Below, in pieces: positions 1 to 8,216 of a stretch of 14,499 bases of DNA (positions are counted from its first letter, which is position 1; each line of letters starts with the position of its first letter). The DNA is from Candidatus Nanohaloarchaea archaeon (GTDB lineage: Archaea > Nanohalarchaeota > Nanosalinia > Nanosalinales > Nanosalinaceae): assembly GCA_046539225.1 (NCBI GenBank), contig JBKHHG010000018.1:1-14499 (forward strand), read 5' to 3'. Below the pieces are notes generated by a model. It ran no database searches. It saw only the letters and a list, made by a program, of their open reading frames with translations, and was not told where the DNA came from. The position numbers were made by a program, and so were the translations under genes.

Positions 1-388
1 CGTTCGAGTTTCTCTCCGCGTCGATTATCAGGTGGCTTATCACAGGATTTTTCTCCTTGTACTTTACATGGAGTTCTACTTCTCCTGAAGCCTCTGCATA
101 GATCATTGAATTAATATTTGCGGCGTGGAGCGCGTTCAACCTGTTTTCGTCCGACTTGATCAGATTAAAAGCTTTTTCACCTGCTTTCTCCAGTGCTTCA
201 TCTCCTGTGAAAACTTCAACGTCTCCTTCTGTCTCTATCTCCGGTTCTATATTCTCTTTATCTGTTATTTTTTCTTCAAGGTTTTCCGGGTATCTTGTCC
301 ATGTTCTTCCCGGTGTTCTGATGGATTCCGGCATTTCAAGGCCTTTAATTTTCTTACTGGATTCTTTCCTTATTTTTTCGAGTCTCAT
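1..388 (-). CDS. sufD: Fe-S cluster assembly protein SufD/SufBD family, 5' part; runs off the window
   Basis: Not in the ORF track. Manual translation from ATG at 388, which overlaps the sufB stop as ATGA: MRLEKIRKESSKKIKGLEMPESIRTPGRTWTRYP...ENRLNALHAAN...SHLIIDAERNS, open to base 1. NRLNALH and HLII parallel SufB NKFAALH and HTLIVA; position directly downstream of sufB. Confidence 0.85.
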   Translation of the reverse strand, partial: MRLEKIRKESSKKIKGLEMPESIRTPGRTWTRYPENLEEKITDKENIEPEIETEGDVEVFTGDEALEKAGEKAFNLIKSDENRLNALHAANINSMIYAEASGEVELHVKYKEKNPVISHLIIDAERNSN

Positions 389-1782
389 CCGAGGGAACCC
401 TCCATCTCGAGCTGGATTAACCGGTTTAGTTCGACGGCGTATTCAAGCGGTAGTTCTTTTGCGATCGGTTCTATGAAGCCTCTGACAATCATTTCCTTGG
501 CTTCTTCCTCGTCTATGCCTCTGCTCTGCATGTAGTGGATTTCCTCGTCGCCGATCCGCCCCACAGTCGCTTCATGCGCCATTTCTACATCATCTTCCTG
601 AACTTCGATGTATGGTTCTGTGTCACTTGTTGCTTCTTCTGAGAACATCAGTGCATCGCATTCAATCGATACTTTGCTGCCGTGGCTTCCTTCCGGTACT
701 CTGACCAGGCCTCTGTAGTTTGTTCTTCCGTCGCCCTGTGTTATGGACTTAGATTCGATTGTGGATTTGGTGTTTGGTGCGTTGTGGACGACTTTAGCTC
801 CTGTATCGATGTTCTGGCCGTCGCCGGCGTATCCAATCGTTATATGGTTGGCTCTGGCGCCTTCTCCGTTTAAATGGCTGGAGGGGTAGAGCATTGTGAC
901 TTTTGAGCCCATGCTTCCTGATATCCATTCCATGACGCCGTTTTCCGCGACTTTTGCTCTCTTTGTGTTCAGGTTGTACGTATTCTTGCTCCAGTTCTGA
1001 ACCGTTGAGTACTGGACGTGCGCATTTTCTTTTACGAATACTTCGACTGTTCCTGCGTGTAGGTTCGATTTCGTGTACTGGGGAGCGCTGCATCCTTCTA
1101 TGTAGTGGATGGTGCTGTTTTCCTCCGCTACGATCAGCGTGTGTTCGAACTGGCCCATTCCTTTCTGGTTCATCCTGAAGTAGGCCTGAACCGGGATTTC
1201 AACTTCTACACCTTCCGGTACGTAGACGAACGAGCCTCCGCTCCAGACTGCGCCGTGTAAAGCAGCGAACTTGTTGTCTTGCGGCGGGACGCAGCGGTTC
1301 ATGAAGTATTCTTTGACGAGATCCGGGTGCTCCTGCACTGCTTTGTCCATGTCCATGAAGATAACTCCTTTTTCCTCCCATTCCTCTTTCATGTTCTGGT
1401 AGACGACCTGGCTTTCGAACTGGGCGCCTACACCGGAGAGAGCTTCTTTCTCCGCTTCAGGGATTCCCAGCTTGTCAAAGGTCTCCTCTATCTCCTCCGG
1501 GACTTCGTCCCAGTCCTCTGCCTGTTCGGCATCCGGTCTAACGTAGTGAGAAATTTCTTCAAAGTCCAGTTCGGAGAGGTCTGGACCCCAGCTTGGCATG
1601 GGCCGTTTTTTGAAGTGTCTGAATGCTTCCAGTCGTTTTTCCAGCATCCATTCCGGCTCGTCTTTGTCTTCGGAGATTTTTCTGACTGTTTCTTCTGTCA
1701 GGCCTTTTCCTGCGTCGAATGCTTTCTTTGTACTGGTTACGTGGTTGAATCGTTCCTGGTTTTTCCGGATTTCTTCTGTCAT
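385..1782 (-). CDS. sufB: Fe-S cluster assembly protein SufB
   Basis: 465 aa with SufB hallmarks GQFEHTLI, YIEGCSAP, VQNWS, TNYRGLV, CDAL, HEATVG and ELPLEYAVELNRLIQLEMEGSLG. Confidence 0.97.
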   Translation of the reverse strand: MTEEIRKNQERFNHVTSTKKAFDAGKGLTEETVRKISEDKDEPEWMLEKRLEAFRHFKKRPMPSWGPDLSELDFEEISHYVRPDAEQAEDWDEVPEEIEETFDKLGIPEAEKEALSGVGAQFESQVVYQNMKEEWEEKGVIFMDMDKAVQEHPDLVKEYFMNRCVPPQDNKFAALHGAVWSGGSFVYVPEGVEVEIPVQAYFRMNQKGMGQFEHTLIVAEENSTIHYIEGCSAPQYTKSNLHAGTVEVFVKENAHVQYSTVQNWSKNTYNLNTKRAKVAENGVMEWISGSMGSKVTMLYPSSHLNGEGARANHITIGYAGDGQNIDTGAKVVHNAPNTKSTIESKSITQGDGRTNYRGLVRVPEGSHGSKVSIECDALMFSEEATSDTEPYIEVQEDDVEMAHEATVGRIGDEEIHYMQSRGIDEEEAKEMIVRGFIEPIAKELPLEYAVELNRLIQLEMEGSLG

Positions 1783-1805
1783 ATGTAAAGTTGGAGAAGC
1801 AAATC

Positions 1806-1811
1806 TTTAAA
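1806..1811 (-). promoter_or_regulatory. TATA box (TTTAAA) for leaderless sufB-sufD transcript
   Basis: TTTAAA lies at -29..-24 from the sufB ATG, typical archaeal spacing. Confidence 0.6.
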
Positions 1812-1822
1812 CTCTGGTATTT

Positions 1823-3061
1823 TTATCTAATCCGGTACCTGAGTATCGCCGCTACGCCGCCCATGTTTTCCAGTCTTCTTCCTTCTTCATGTTCGTTGCC
1901 TATGATCTCCAGGTCCGAGCTCATTTCTTCGGCTTTTTCTCCAAACTCGTCGACTATATCCGATAGCTCTTTCAGCTCCATGTCATGGCTGCATTCGCTG
2001 CATTCTTTTTCTTCAGGTATTGAGGCCTTGGCTTCGAACAGGTGGTCTTCGTGGCCTTCAGGACATTCAAACTCTGCGTAGTAGAGCTCGGTTGATCCGG
2101 AGATCAGGACGGTGTCGACTGCTCCAACGTCCAGGGCCTCTTTCACTCTTTCAGGTCCGTACTCGGATTTCCCGTTTTCTTTCTCCAGGTTTTCGAAAAA
2201 CTCTGTCACAAGGTTTTTCTCCTTTATAACCTGTGAGTCCTGGATTGCGTCTTCCGCCCGGGATACAAGTTCTTCGAGGCCTTCTTCTCCTGAAAAGTTT
2301 GTGGATTCTTTTGCGACTATTTCTTCCTGGAGCTCCTGGTGGATGTAGTTGTCCTCTATTAGTTTGTCCTTTGTGAATCCTGGGCCTCCGATTATCACTC
2401 CCAGCAGTTTGTCCTCTCTTTTCTTGGGTAGGAAGCTTTTCTTGGCGTTTTCTGCTATCTCGTTCATCCAGGTCTGGTACATCTCCTTTCTGAAACGCTG
2501 GAATCTCTGCGCTGACTGGCCTCCGGCCTTGGTCTTTCCGGGGACGTTGGAGCTCATCACGTGCTCGGTCTTGACAGAGTTGCCCTGGAGAAAGCCGATT
2601 GCTGCATCGTTTTTATCCGCTACCACGAGCCCATAAACTTTGTCGTCTACAACCATCTGCCTCAAAGGCTCCAGGACGAACTCTTTGTCGCAGCGGTAGT
2701 GCCGGGATTCGATGGGTTGCGGCGGGATAACCTCCCAGACATTGATATCAGGCCTTCCCTCTCGTTCCGACACGTTTCCGGCGAAGAACGCGACACCGTT
2801 TTCAGGGGTCTGCTGTTCTTCTTTCACTTTTCTCCCGATCTTGTCGAGCGCGGCCTGGACGTTTTTCCTGGTGTGTTTGGATTTGATGTTCTCTGCCTCT
2901 GAGGCCTCGCTGGTTACAAAGTCGGATATCTTCGACATGTCGTAACCCGCGGGGATATACAGTGAGACAAGCTCCGTGTTTCTTCCCCGTATGTCCTCCA
3001 GCTCTTTTATCAGCTTCTTCAGCTGGTACTTCGACATTTCCTGGTGTTTCTGGTCGCTCAT
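1823..3061 (-). CDS. prf1: Archaeal peptide chain release factor aRF1
   Basis: NIKS, YRCD and GGQS motifs, GPG, C-terminal GGVAAILRY, and a CPEGH...CSEC Zn-ribbon mini-domain. Confidence 0.97.
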   Translation of the reverse strand: MSDQKHQEMSKYQLKKLIKELEDIRGRNTELVSLYIPAGYDMSKISDFVTSEASEAENIKSKHTRKNVQAALDKIGRKVKEEQQTPENGVAFFAGNVSEREGRPDINVWEVIPPQPIESRHYRCDKEFVLEPLRQMVVDDKVYGLVVADKNDAAIGFLQGNSVKTEHVMSSNVPGKTKAGGQSAQRFQRFRKEMYQTWMNEIAENAKKSFLPKKREDKLLGVIIGGPGFTKDKLIEDNYIHQELQEEIVAKESTNFSGEEGLEELVSRAEDAIQDSQVIKEKNLVTEFFENLEKENGKSEYGPERVKEALDVGAVDTVLISGSTELYYAEFECPEGHEDHLFEAKASIPEEKECSECSHDMELKELSDIVDEFGEKAEEMSSDLEIIGNEHEEGRRLENMGGVAAILRYRIR

Positions 3062-3086
3062 GGTTCTGGTTACTCGGTAAAACTTA

Positions 3087-5642
3087 TTACTTCTTGACGA
3101 CCGCTGAAACCCCTTCGGTTTCGACGAGCTCTCCCTCGCCGGTGTAATTCTTCTGCTCGACTACTTCGAACATCTCGGGTTTGAGGTGTTCGCCCGCAAC
3201 CTCGAGTCTCCCGGATTCCAGCATGAACTCGTTGTTTTCAAGGGCCTCTTCTATCTCTCCGATTTTGTCGCCGTACTCGGGGCCTGCGTTCGAGTAGTTC
3301 AGCTTGATCTCCTTGATATTGGTCTCAAGCTCTGGAGCTTCTTCCTTTATCTCAAGCTGCTCGACGTGCATAACCTCTTTTACGGCTTCTTCAAGGCCTG
3401 TGATGTCGGTGAAGGCCTCGACCTTTTCCAGTTCCTGATTGAGCGGCATCTGGTTCTGCGACTTGTACTTTCGCAGGGCGGAGATAAGTTTCATCGCGTT
3501 CTCTCCTTTCTCAATGTCGGCCTTTACTCCTTCTTTTTCAGGCCATTCAGATCTGTGGATGCTGCTTTTTCTGTATACCGAGTTGTAGATCTCTTCCGTG
3601 ATATGCGGTGTGAAAGGCGCCAGCATTTTCAGAATCTTTCTATGGGTTTTTCTCAGGCCTGTCTCCGCGCTCGGGTTTTCGTCTTTCAGCCTCTGCTTGC
3701 TGATCTCCAGGTAGTCGTCGCAGAACGTGTTCCAGAAGAAGCTTCTGATCCTGTCCCGGGCCTTTGAGAACTCATGGTTTTCAAAGTTTTCAGTAACTTC
3801 TTCCACAACTTGATCGGTTTTCGCCAGCATCCATTCATCGATCGATTCTTCTACTTTTGTCTCTTCCTCTGTCAATGAGTCAACGAGCTTGGACGCGTTC
3901 CAGAGCTTTGTAAGCAGTTTCTCGCCCTCCACAAGGTCCTGATCCTTCAGTGGTAGGTCGTCTCCCGGCTTGACGGTTCCGGCCCAGTAACGCGCCGCAT
4001 CGACGGGATAATCTTCCAGTACTTCTTCAGGTGTTGTAACGTTTCCGCGGGACTTGCTCATCTTCTCCCGGTTTTCATCCAGGACATGCCCGTTTATCAG
4101 GACTTCATCGAAGGGAACTTCGCCGGTGTGCTCGTAGCACTTGACGACTGTATGGAAAAGCCAGAAACTTATGATGTCATGGCCCTGAGGCCTCAGATTC
4201 ATAGGGTATAGCTCGGGTCGCCCCATTTCCTCGCCGTTCCAGTCCGCGTTGATCAGAGGGGTCAGACTTGAGGTAGCCCATGTATCGAATACATCCTCTT
4301 CAGGCCTGAACTCTGTGTTTCCGCATTCGCTGCAGCTGTCGACAGGCGCGTCGTGTTCGATCGGGTCGACAGGCAGCTGGTCTCTATCCGCCACTACCTC
4401 TAACCCGCATTCTGTACAGTACCAGACAGGGAACGGTATACCCGAATCTCTCTGCCGGGAAATACACCAGTCCCATTCCAGGCCTTCGATCCAGTTCCTG
4501 TAACGGGTGAACATTTTCTCCGGGTTCCAGTCGATGTCCTTTCCTGCTTCAAGGTATTCCTCTTTCCTGTCCAGGACCTTGACGTACCACTGCTCTGTAA
4601 CCATGAACTCGATCTCTGTGTCGCATCTCTCGTGGACCTGCACGGTGTGATCGATCTCCCACCGATCAGTAAGTTTACCGTCTTCGTCCAGGTCTTCAAC
4701 TATTTCTTCACGGGCCTCTTCCGTCGAAAGGCCTTCATACTTCCCGGCTATACCTGTCATGGTTCCGGTCTCGTCGATCGCCTCCCGCAGATCAAGGTCG
4801 TGGGCCTGGTACCACTCGATATCGGTCTGGTCTCCGAACGTACAGCACATTACGACGCCTGTACCGGTCTCCATGTCAACCCTTTCATCTTCAATGATCG
4901 GGACCTCGTACTCGAAAAGCGGGACTTCGGCCTTCTCCCCGATAAGAGGCCTGTTACCTTCATCGTCAGGATGCACAAAGATCGCGACACACGCCGGAAG
5001 AAGCTCAGGCCTTGTCGTGGAGATAGTGATGGATCCGTTGCCTGTCGATAGGTCAAACTCTATATCGTTGAAATGCGAATGCTTCTCCATATCCTCGGTT
5101 TCAACCTGTGAGATAGCGGTGGAGCATTCAGGGCACCAGATGGCCGGAGCCTTTTCTCTGTATTCGCGGCCTTTCTCGTAGAGGTCGATGAACGAAAGCT
5201 GCGAAATCTTCTGCACCCTAGGATCAATAGTCTTGTACGTATTGTCCCAGTCCATCGAGAACGCGAACTCCTTCATGATATCCTCAAAGTTCTGCTCGTA
5301 CTCCTTACAGACCTCTCTAACCTTTTTCTGGAACTCGAAACGTTCAAAGTCCTGATGCCGGATACCGAGCTCTCTCTCCGTCAAACGCTCGGACGCGATA
5401 CCGTTGTTGTCGTAGCCGAACGGGAAGTACACGCTTTTCCCCCTCATCCTCTCAAACCGGGCCTTGAAATCCGTCAAAGTATTCCCATAGGTATGGCCAA
5501 AATGCAGATTCCCTGACACGGTTGGAGGCGGAGTATCTATAGAGTACACCTCCTCAGACTTGCTGTACTCGTAAGTACCTTCCTGCTGCCATTTTCCCTG
5601 CCATTTCTGCTCTATCCGCTCTGCATCGTAAGATCCATCCAT
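3087..5642 (-). CDS. valS: Valine--tRNA ligase, archaeal type
   Basis: DTPPPTVSG, HIGH-like HFGH, TTRPEL editing-domain motif, GTGVVMCCTFGD, DWCISRQR, DVFDTW, KMSKS. An SD-like GAGGT lies upstream. Confidence 0.97.
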   Translation of the reverse strand: MDGSYDAERIEQKWQGKWQQEGTYEYSKSEEVYSIDTPPPTVSGNLHFGHTYGNTLTDFKARFERMRGKSVYFPFGYDNNGIASERLTERELGIRHQDFERFEFQKKVREVCKEYEQNFEDIMKEFAFSMDWDNTYKTIDPRVQKISQLSFIDLYEKGREYREKAPAIWCPECSTAISQVETEDMEKHSHFNDIEFDLSTGNGSITISTTRPELLPACVAIFVHPDDEGNRPLIGEKAEVPLFEYEVPIIEDERVDMETGTGVVMCCTFGDQTDIEWYQAHDLDLREAIDETGTMTGIAGKYEGLSTEEAREEIVEDLDEDGKLTDRWEIDHTVQVHERCDTEIEFMVTEQWYVKVLDRKEEYLEAGKDIDWNPEKMFTRYRNWIEGLEWDWCISRQRDSGIPFPVWYCTECGLEVVADRDQLPVDPIEHDAPVDSCSECGNTEFRPEEDVFDTWATSSLTPLINADWNGEEMGRPELYPMNLRPQGHDIISFWLFHTVVKCYEHTGEVPFDEVLINGHVLDENREKMSKSRGNVTTPEEVLEDYPVDAARYWAGTVKPGDDLPLKDQDLVEGEKLLTKLWNASKLVDSLTEEETKVEESIDEWMLAKTDQVVEEVTENFENHEFSKARDRIRSFFWNTFCDDYLEISKQRLKDENPSAETGLRKTHRKILKMLAPFTPHITEEIYNSVYRKSSIHRSEWPEKEGVKADIEKGENAMKLISALRKYKSQNQMPLNQELEKVEAFTDITGLEEAVKEVMHVEQLEIKEEAPELETNIKEIKLNYSNAGPEYGDKIGEIEEALENNEFMLESGRLEVAGEHLKPEMFEVVEQKNYTGEGELVETEGVSAVVKK

Positions 5643-5769
5643 TTTTCAGTTAAACCTCATACAAAGCCGTTCATACCCAGCTTTAAATCCATTCCTCAGG
5701 CCTGTCGATCCACAGTATAAAGGCCTCAAGCTGGAACCGGAATTAGAAAGATTTTGAAAGTCCTGAAAC

Positions 5770-5853
5770 TCAAAGAGATTCAATGCCGTAGAAGCCATTC
5801 GGCTTCGAGTCCTGGAGCCGTACAAAACGGCCACCCTTGATTGAATAGGTCAT
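5770..5853 (-). other. Possible 27-aa small ORF (MTYSIKGGRFVRLQDSKPNGFYGIESL) and/or structured RNA element upstream of valS
   Basis: ATG at 5853, TGA at 5770-5772, TAATAA about 28-33 nt upstream. Overlaps nested inverted repeats at 5778-5846. Confidence 0.3.
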
Positions 5854-5878
5854 ACGGAGAGTATTAAATGTTCAACTG

Positions 5879-5886
5879 TTTTATTA
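5879..5886. promoter_or_regulatory. TATA-like element (TTTTATTA), possibly bidirectional
   Basis: At -32..-25 from ATG 5911 (+); its TAATAA complement is at -33..-28 from ATG 5853 (-). Confidence 0.5.
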
Positions 5887-5910
5887 GCTTCGCCACTGAA
5901 CACATTGAAC

Positions 5911-6474
5911 ATGAAAATCCTTGTGGTTGGGGACTGTCACGGTGAGAAACCGGAGATCCCCGAGGAGGATTTTGATCTTGTGCTCGCGGTCGGCGATATC
6001 TGCGGCGGGACGGATGAGATGCGTTCCGCCATGTTCGAGGCCTCTGAATCTGGAGAAGGGTGGTACGACGTTTTTGGAGAGGAAGAGGCGCGGAAAGCTG
6101 TCGAGGCTTCGATTGAAGAAGGCAGAGAAATCCTTGAAAAACTGGATTCTCTTGGCGTCCCTGTCTTCATTGTTCCCGGCAACTGGGACTGGACGGGAGA
6201 AAACTCTGACTGGGTCTTTCTCAAGGGCAGAGGCTTCCCGGAGATGCTGAAAGATTTTGAAAACATCTACAACATTAATTTTTCAGGTAAAAGCTTTGGA
6301 GGCCTCAGCTTCATCGGTTACGGCCCCTGCAGCGGCCCGGAGATTCCGCAGTACGAGGACGATAAACTGGGAGAAGAACTGAAACAGAACCCTGATTTGA
6401 AGGAGGGACAGCTCCAGATACTTGAAGAAGCCGAAGAACAGCTAAAGCAGGAAAAGCAGAAGATCCAGGCCTAA
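5911..6474 (+). CDS. Calcineurin-like metallophosphoesterase, apparently C-terminally truncated (187 aa)
   Basis: Start taken at ATG 5911 (MKILVVGDCHG). Motifs DxH, GD (VGDICG) and GNxD (GNWD) present; the late His and GHxH motifs are absent. Confidence 0.8.
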   Translation: MKILVVGDCHGEKPEIPEEDFDLVLAVGDICGGTDEMRSAMFEASESGEGWYDVFGEEEARKAVEASIEEGREILEKLDSLGVPVFIVPGNWDWTGENSDWVFLKGRGFPEMLKDFENIYNINFSGKSFGGLSFIGYGPCSGPEIPQYEDDKLGEELKQNPDLKEGQLQILEEAEEQLKQEKQKIQA

Positions 6475-7241
6475 AAACTGCTTAACTTTCTGTCCCCGGG
6501 ATACTCCATACCGTCTTCCGCGAAAACAACTTTCTGCTCCACTTCTTCGTCCAGCCAGGCCTTCTCCTCTTCCATATCCGAGTTCAGGAACTTCTCGCCG
6601 AAATGCGTGATTATCACGGTCGAGGCCTCGGAATCCCCGAGAATCTTCGGCACATCGTCCAGCTTTGTATGTTTCCGGGTGTTGACATCTCTCGGGAAGA
6701 AACAGTTGACGACGATGGTATCACAGTCGCTGTAGAAATCCACGAGTTCATCGCTGTAGGCTGTGTCGGTCCAGAAACCGAACTTTCTGTCGCCGTCAAA
6801 AACCTTGAGGCCTACACATCTGGGCTCGCTGTGGAACATCTCCTGCGACTCGACTTCAAGGCCTTTAACCTCGGCATCCCGGTCGGAGAGGTTGATGACA
6901 TCGGTGCACATTTTCTGATGGTAGTCCGAGACAGACGGCTGGATATCTCCATAACCGTTCAGAACCGATTCAGGCCCCATCAACCTACACGGGTTATCAT
7001 GTATCAACGAGACCAGCTCGATCAAAGGCTCCGCATCACTGTAATGGTCGAGGTGGGCGTGCGAAACAATCACGCCTTCAAGTTTCTCGGTGTCGTACCC
7101 CTGGCAGTGTACAGTGCTGCCTGGGCCCGGGTCCAGGTAGAGAGAGGCCTCATCCCCTTCAACTATAATTCCAGCGGTCTTCCTCAACTGCTTTCCCATC
7201 GTACGGTGGCCTCCGCCCGTACCAACAAAATGAAGCTTCAT
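6471..7241 (-). CDS. MBL-fold metallo-hydrolase (RNase Z/PhnP-like superfamily)
   Basis: Start taken at ATG 7241 (MKLHFVGTGGG). DPGPG, SHAHLDH (HxHxDH), later H, DT and THF motifs. Substrate unknown. Confidence 0.9.
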   Translation of the reverse strand: MKLHFVGTGGGHRTMGKQLRKTAGIIVEGDEASLYLDPGPGSTVHCQGYDTEKLEGVIVSHAHLDHYSDAEPLIELVSLIHDNPCRLMGPESVLNGYGDIQPSVSDYHQKMCTDVINLSDRDAEVKGLEVESQEMFHSEPRCVGLKVFDGDRKFGFWTDTAYSDELVDFYSDCDTIVVNCFFPRDVNTRKHTKLDDVPKILGDSEASTVIITHFGEKFLNSDMEEEKAWLDEEVEQKVVFAEDGMEYPGDRKLSSF

Positions 7242-7262
7242 AACCACGAAAGACCTGAGAAA

Positions 7263-7270
7263 TATAAAAA
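7263..7270. promoter_or_regulatory. Shared TATA element (TATAAAAA) in a 51-bp divergent gap
   Basis: TATAAA is at -30..-25 from ATG 7293 (+); TTTTTATA is at -29..-22 from ATG 7241 (-). Confidence 0.6.
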
Positions 7271-7292
7271 ACCTAAAAACCAAGACAGTATT

Positions 7293-7667
7293 ATGTCACT
7301 ACTCGAAAACAACATGTCTCTTGAGAAGGTCTGGCAAGCAGCGGAAAACCGCCTTGAAGAACCGGTAGAAAGATTCGAAAACCTTGTCATCGACTTAAAC
7401 CGCAACCTGGATGAGGCCTACCTCGCGGTCTACCCCGAACAGTCGGGAGAAGATGTAGAAAAGTGGTGGGAAGGACAGGAAGAAGGGAGAGACGTATACA
7501 TACTATCCCTCGACCAAGCTTACGCAGGCGACGAGTTCAACTACATAGGATCAAGGCTTGAAGGCCTTACACAGCTACAGGCCTACGATCTCGTCCATAT
7601 CTCGGGAGGTAAAATTCAGGCGGAAAGAGCCGAGAACCAGCTCGACACCCATACAAGGATAGTGTAG
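7293..7667 (+). CDS. Hypothetical acidic protein (124 aa, MSLLENNMSLEKVWQ...)
   Basis: 3' part of track ORF 6603..7667. ATG at 7293 follows a TATA box, and the acidic composition matches the real genes. The upstream part of that ORF is antisense to the MBL gene. Confidence 0.75.
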   Translation: MSLLENNMSLEKVWQAAENRLEEPVERFENLVIDLNRNLDEAYLAVYPEQSGEDVEKWWEGQEEGRDVYILSLDQAYAGDEFNYIGSRLEGLTQLQAYDLVHISGGKIQAERAENQLDTHTRIV

Positions 7668-7728
7668 AAATCTTTTCTCAATATGCTTAAAGTTTAGGCC
7701 TCAGTCAGGGGGTAGGAACCACAAAGTA

Positions 7729-7734
7729 TTTAAG
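7729..7734 (+). promoter_or_regulatory. TATA box (TTTAAG)
   Basis: At -28..-23 from ATG 7757. Confidence 0.55.
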
Positions 7735-7756
7735 TTGTTACTACTAAATAACAACT

Positions 7757-7870
7757 ATGAACTTTGTGGCGGAATCTTACGATGATGTCGTGGAAAAAGG
7801 CCTTGAAGACCTGAGGGAAGAGGTTGGAAGGCCTAAAATCCAGCATAAAAAACTGAGTATCTATACCTGA
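7757..7870 (+). CDS. Small hypothetical protein (37 aa, MNFVAESYDDVVEKGLEDLREEVGRPKIQHKKLSIYT)
   Basis: Below the track length cutoff. TATA box at correct spacing and acidic N-terminal half; stop is 1 nt before the next ORF. Confidence 0.55.
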   Translation: MNFVAESYDDVVEKGLEDLREEVGRPKIQHKKLSIYT

Positions 7871-7871
7871 G

Positions 7872-8216
7872 GTGGTTGAAATTATAGGAAGACGCGATGT
7901 TGATGTGGAGTATGAAGGTAAGACTTTCCGTGTGAACTCCCGTCACGAGGAAAGGCCTGGTGGAGGCGAGTCCAGAGTCATAAGTATCTTCGACTCTGAA
8001 GGCCTCTATGGTTTTCTCGAGATGGAATCGGGTTCTGGCCTTGAAGATGCAGAGGCGTATCTACAGCAGCCGGGAAAGGGAGGCCTTCAACAGGTAGATC
8101 CTGGCGAGTTTGAGGAGATATACGCTCAGCTTAATGACAAAGAGAAGAGCTGGGATACAGAGCTTGAGCTTGAAAACCCTGGTGAAACTGCGGAGCCTTA
8201 CAGGTGGGATAGTTGA
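7872..8216 (+). CDS. Hypothetical acidic protein (about 114 aa; start uncertain)
   Basis: Open frame with E/D-rich composition and no recognisable motif. GTG start, or alternative starts downstream of GAGGTG. Confidence 0.7.
   Translation: MVEIIGRRDVDVEYEGKTFRVNSRHEERPGGGESRVISIFDSEGLYGFLEMESGSGLEDAEAYLQQPGKGGLQQVDPGEFEEIYAQLNDKEKSWDTELELENPGETAEPYRWDS

Noticed and set aside
5801..5812. GGCTTCGAGTCC resembling a tRNA T-arm
   Set aside because: The T-stem does not pair and no D-arm, anticodon arm or cloverleaf can be built.
5646..5834. 62-aa minus-strand ORF upstream of valS
   Set aside because: Basic/Ser-rich, unlike the acidic proteome; GTG start; no motif.
6603..7292. Long + strand ORF (354 aa) overlapping the MBL gene
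   Set aside because: Its first 230 codons are an antisense shadow of the MBL gene; only the acidic part from ATG 7293 looks coding.
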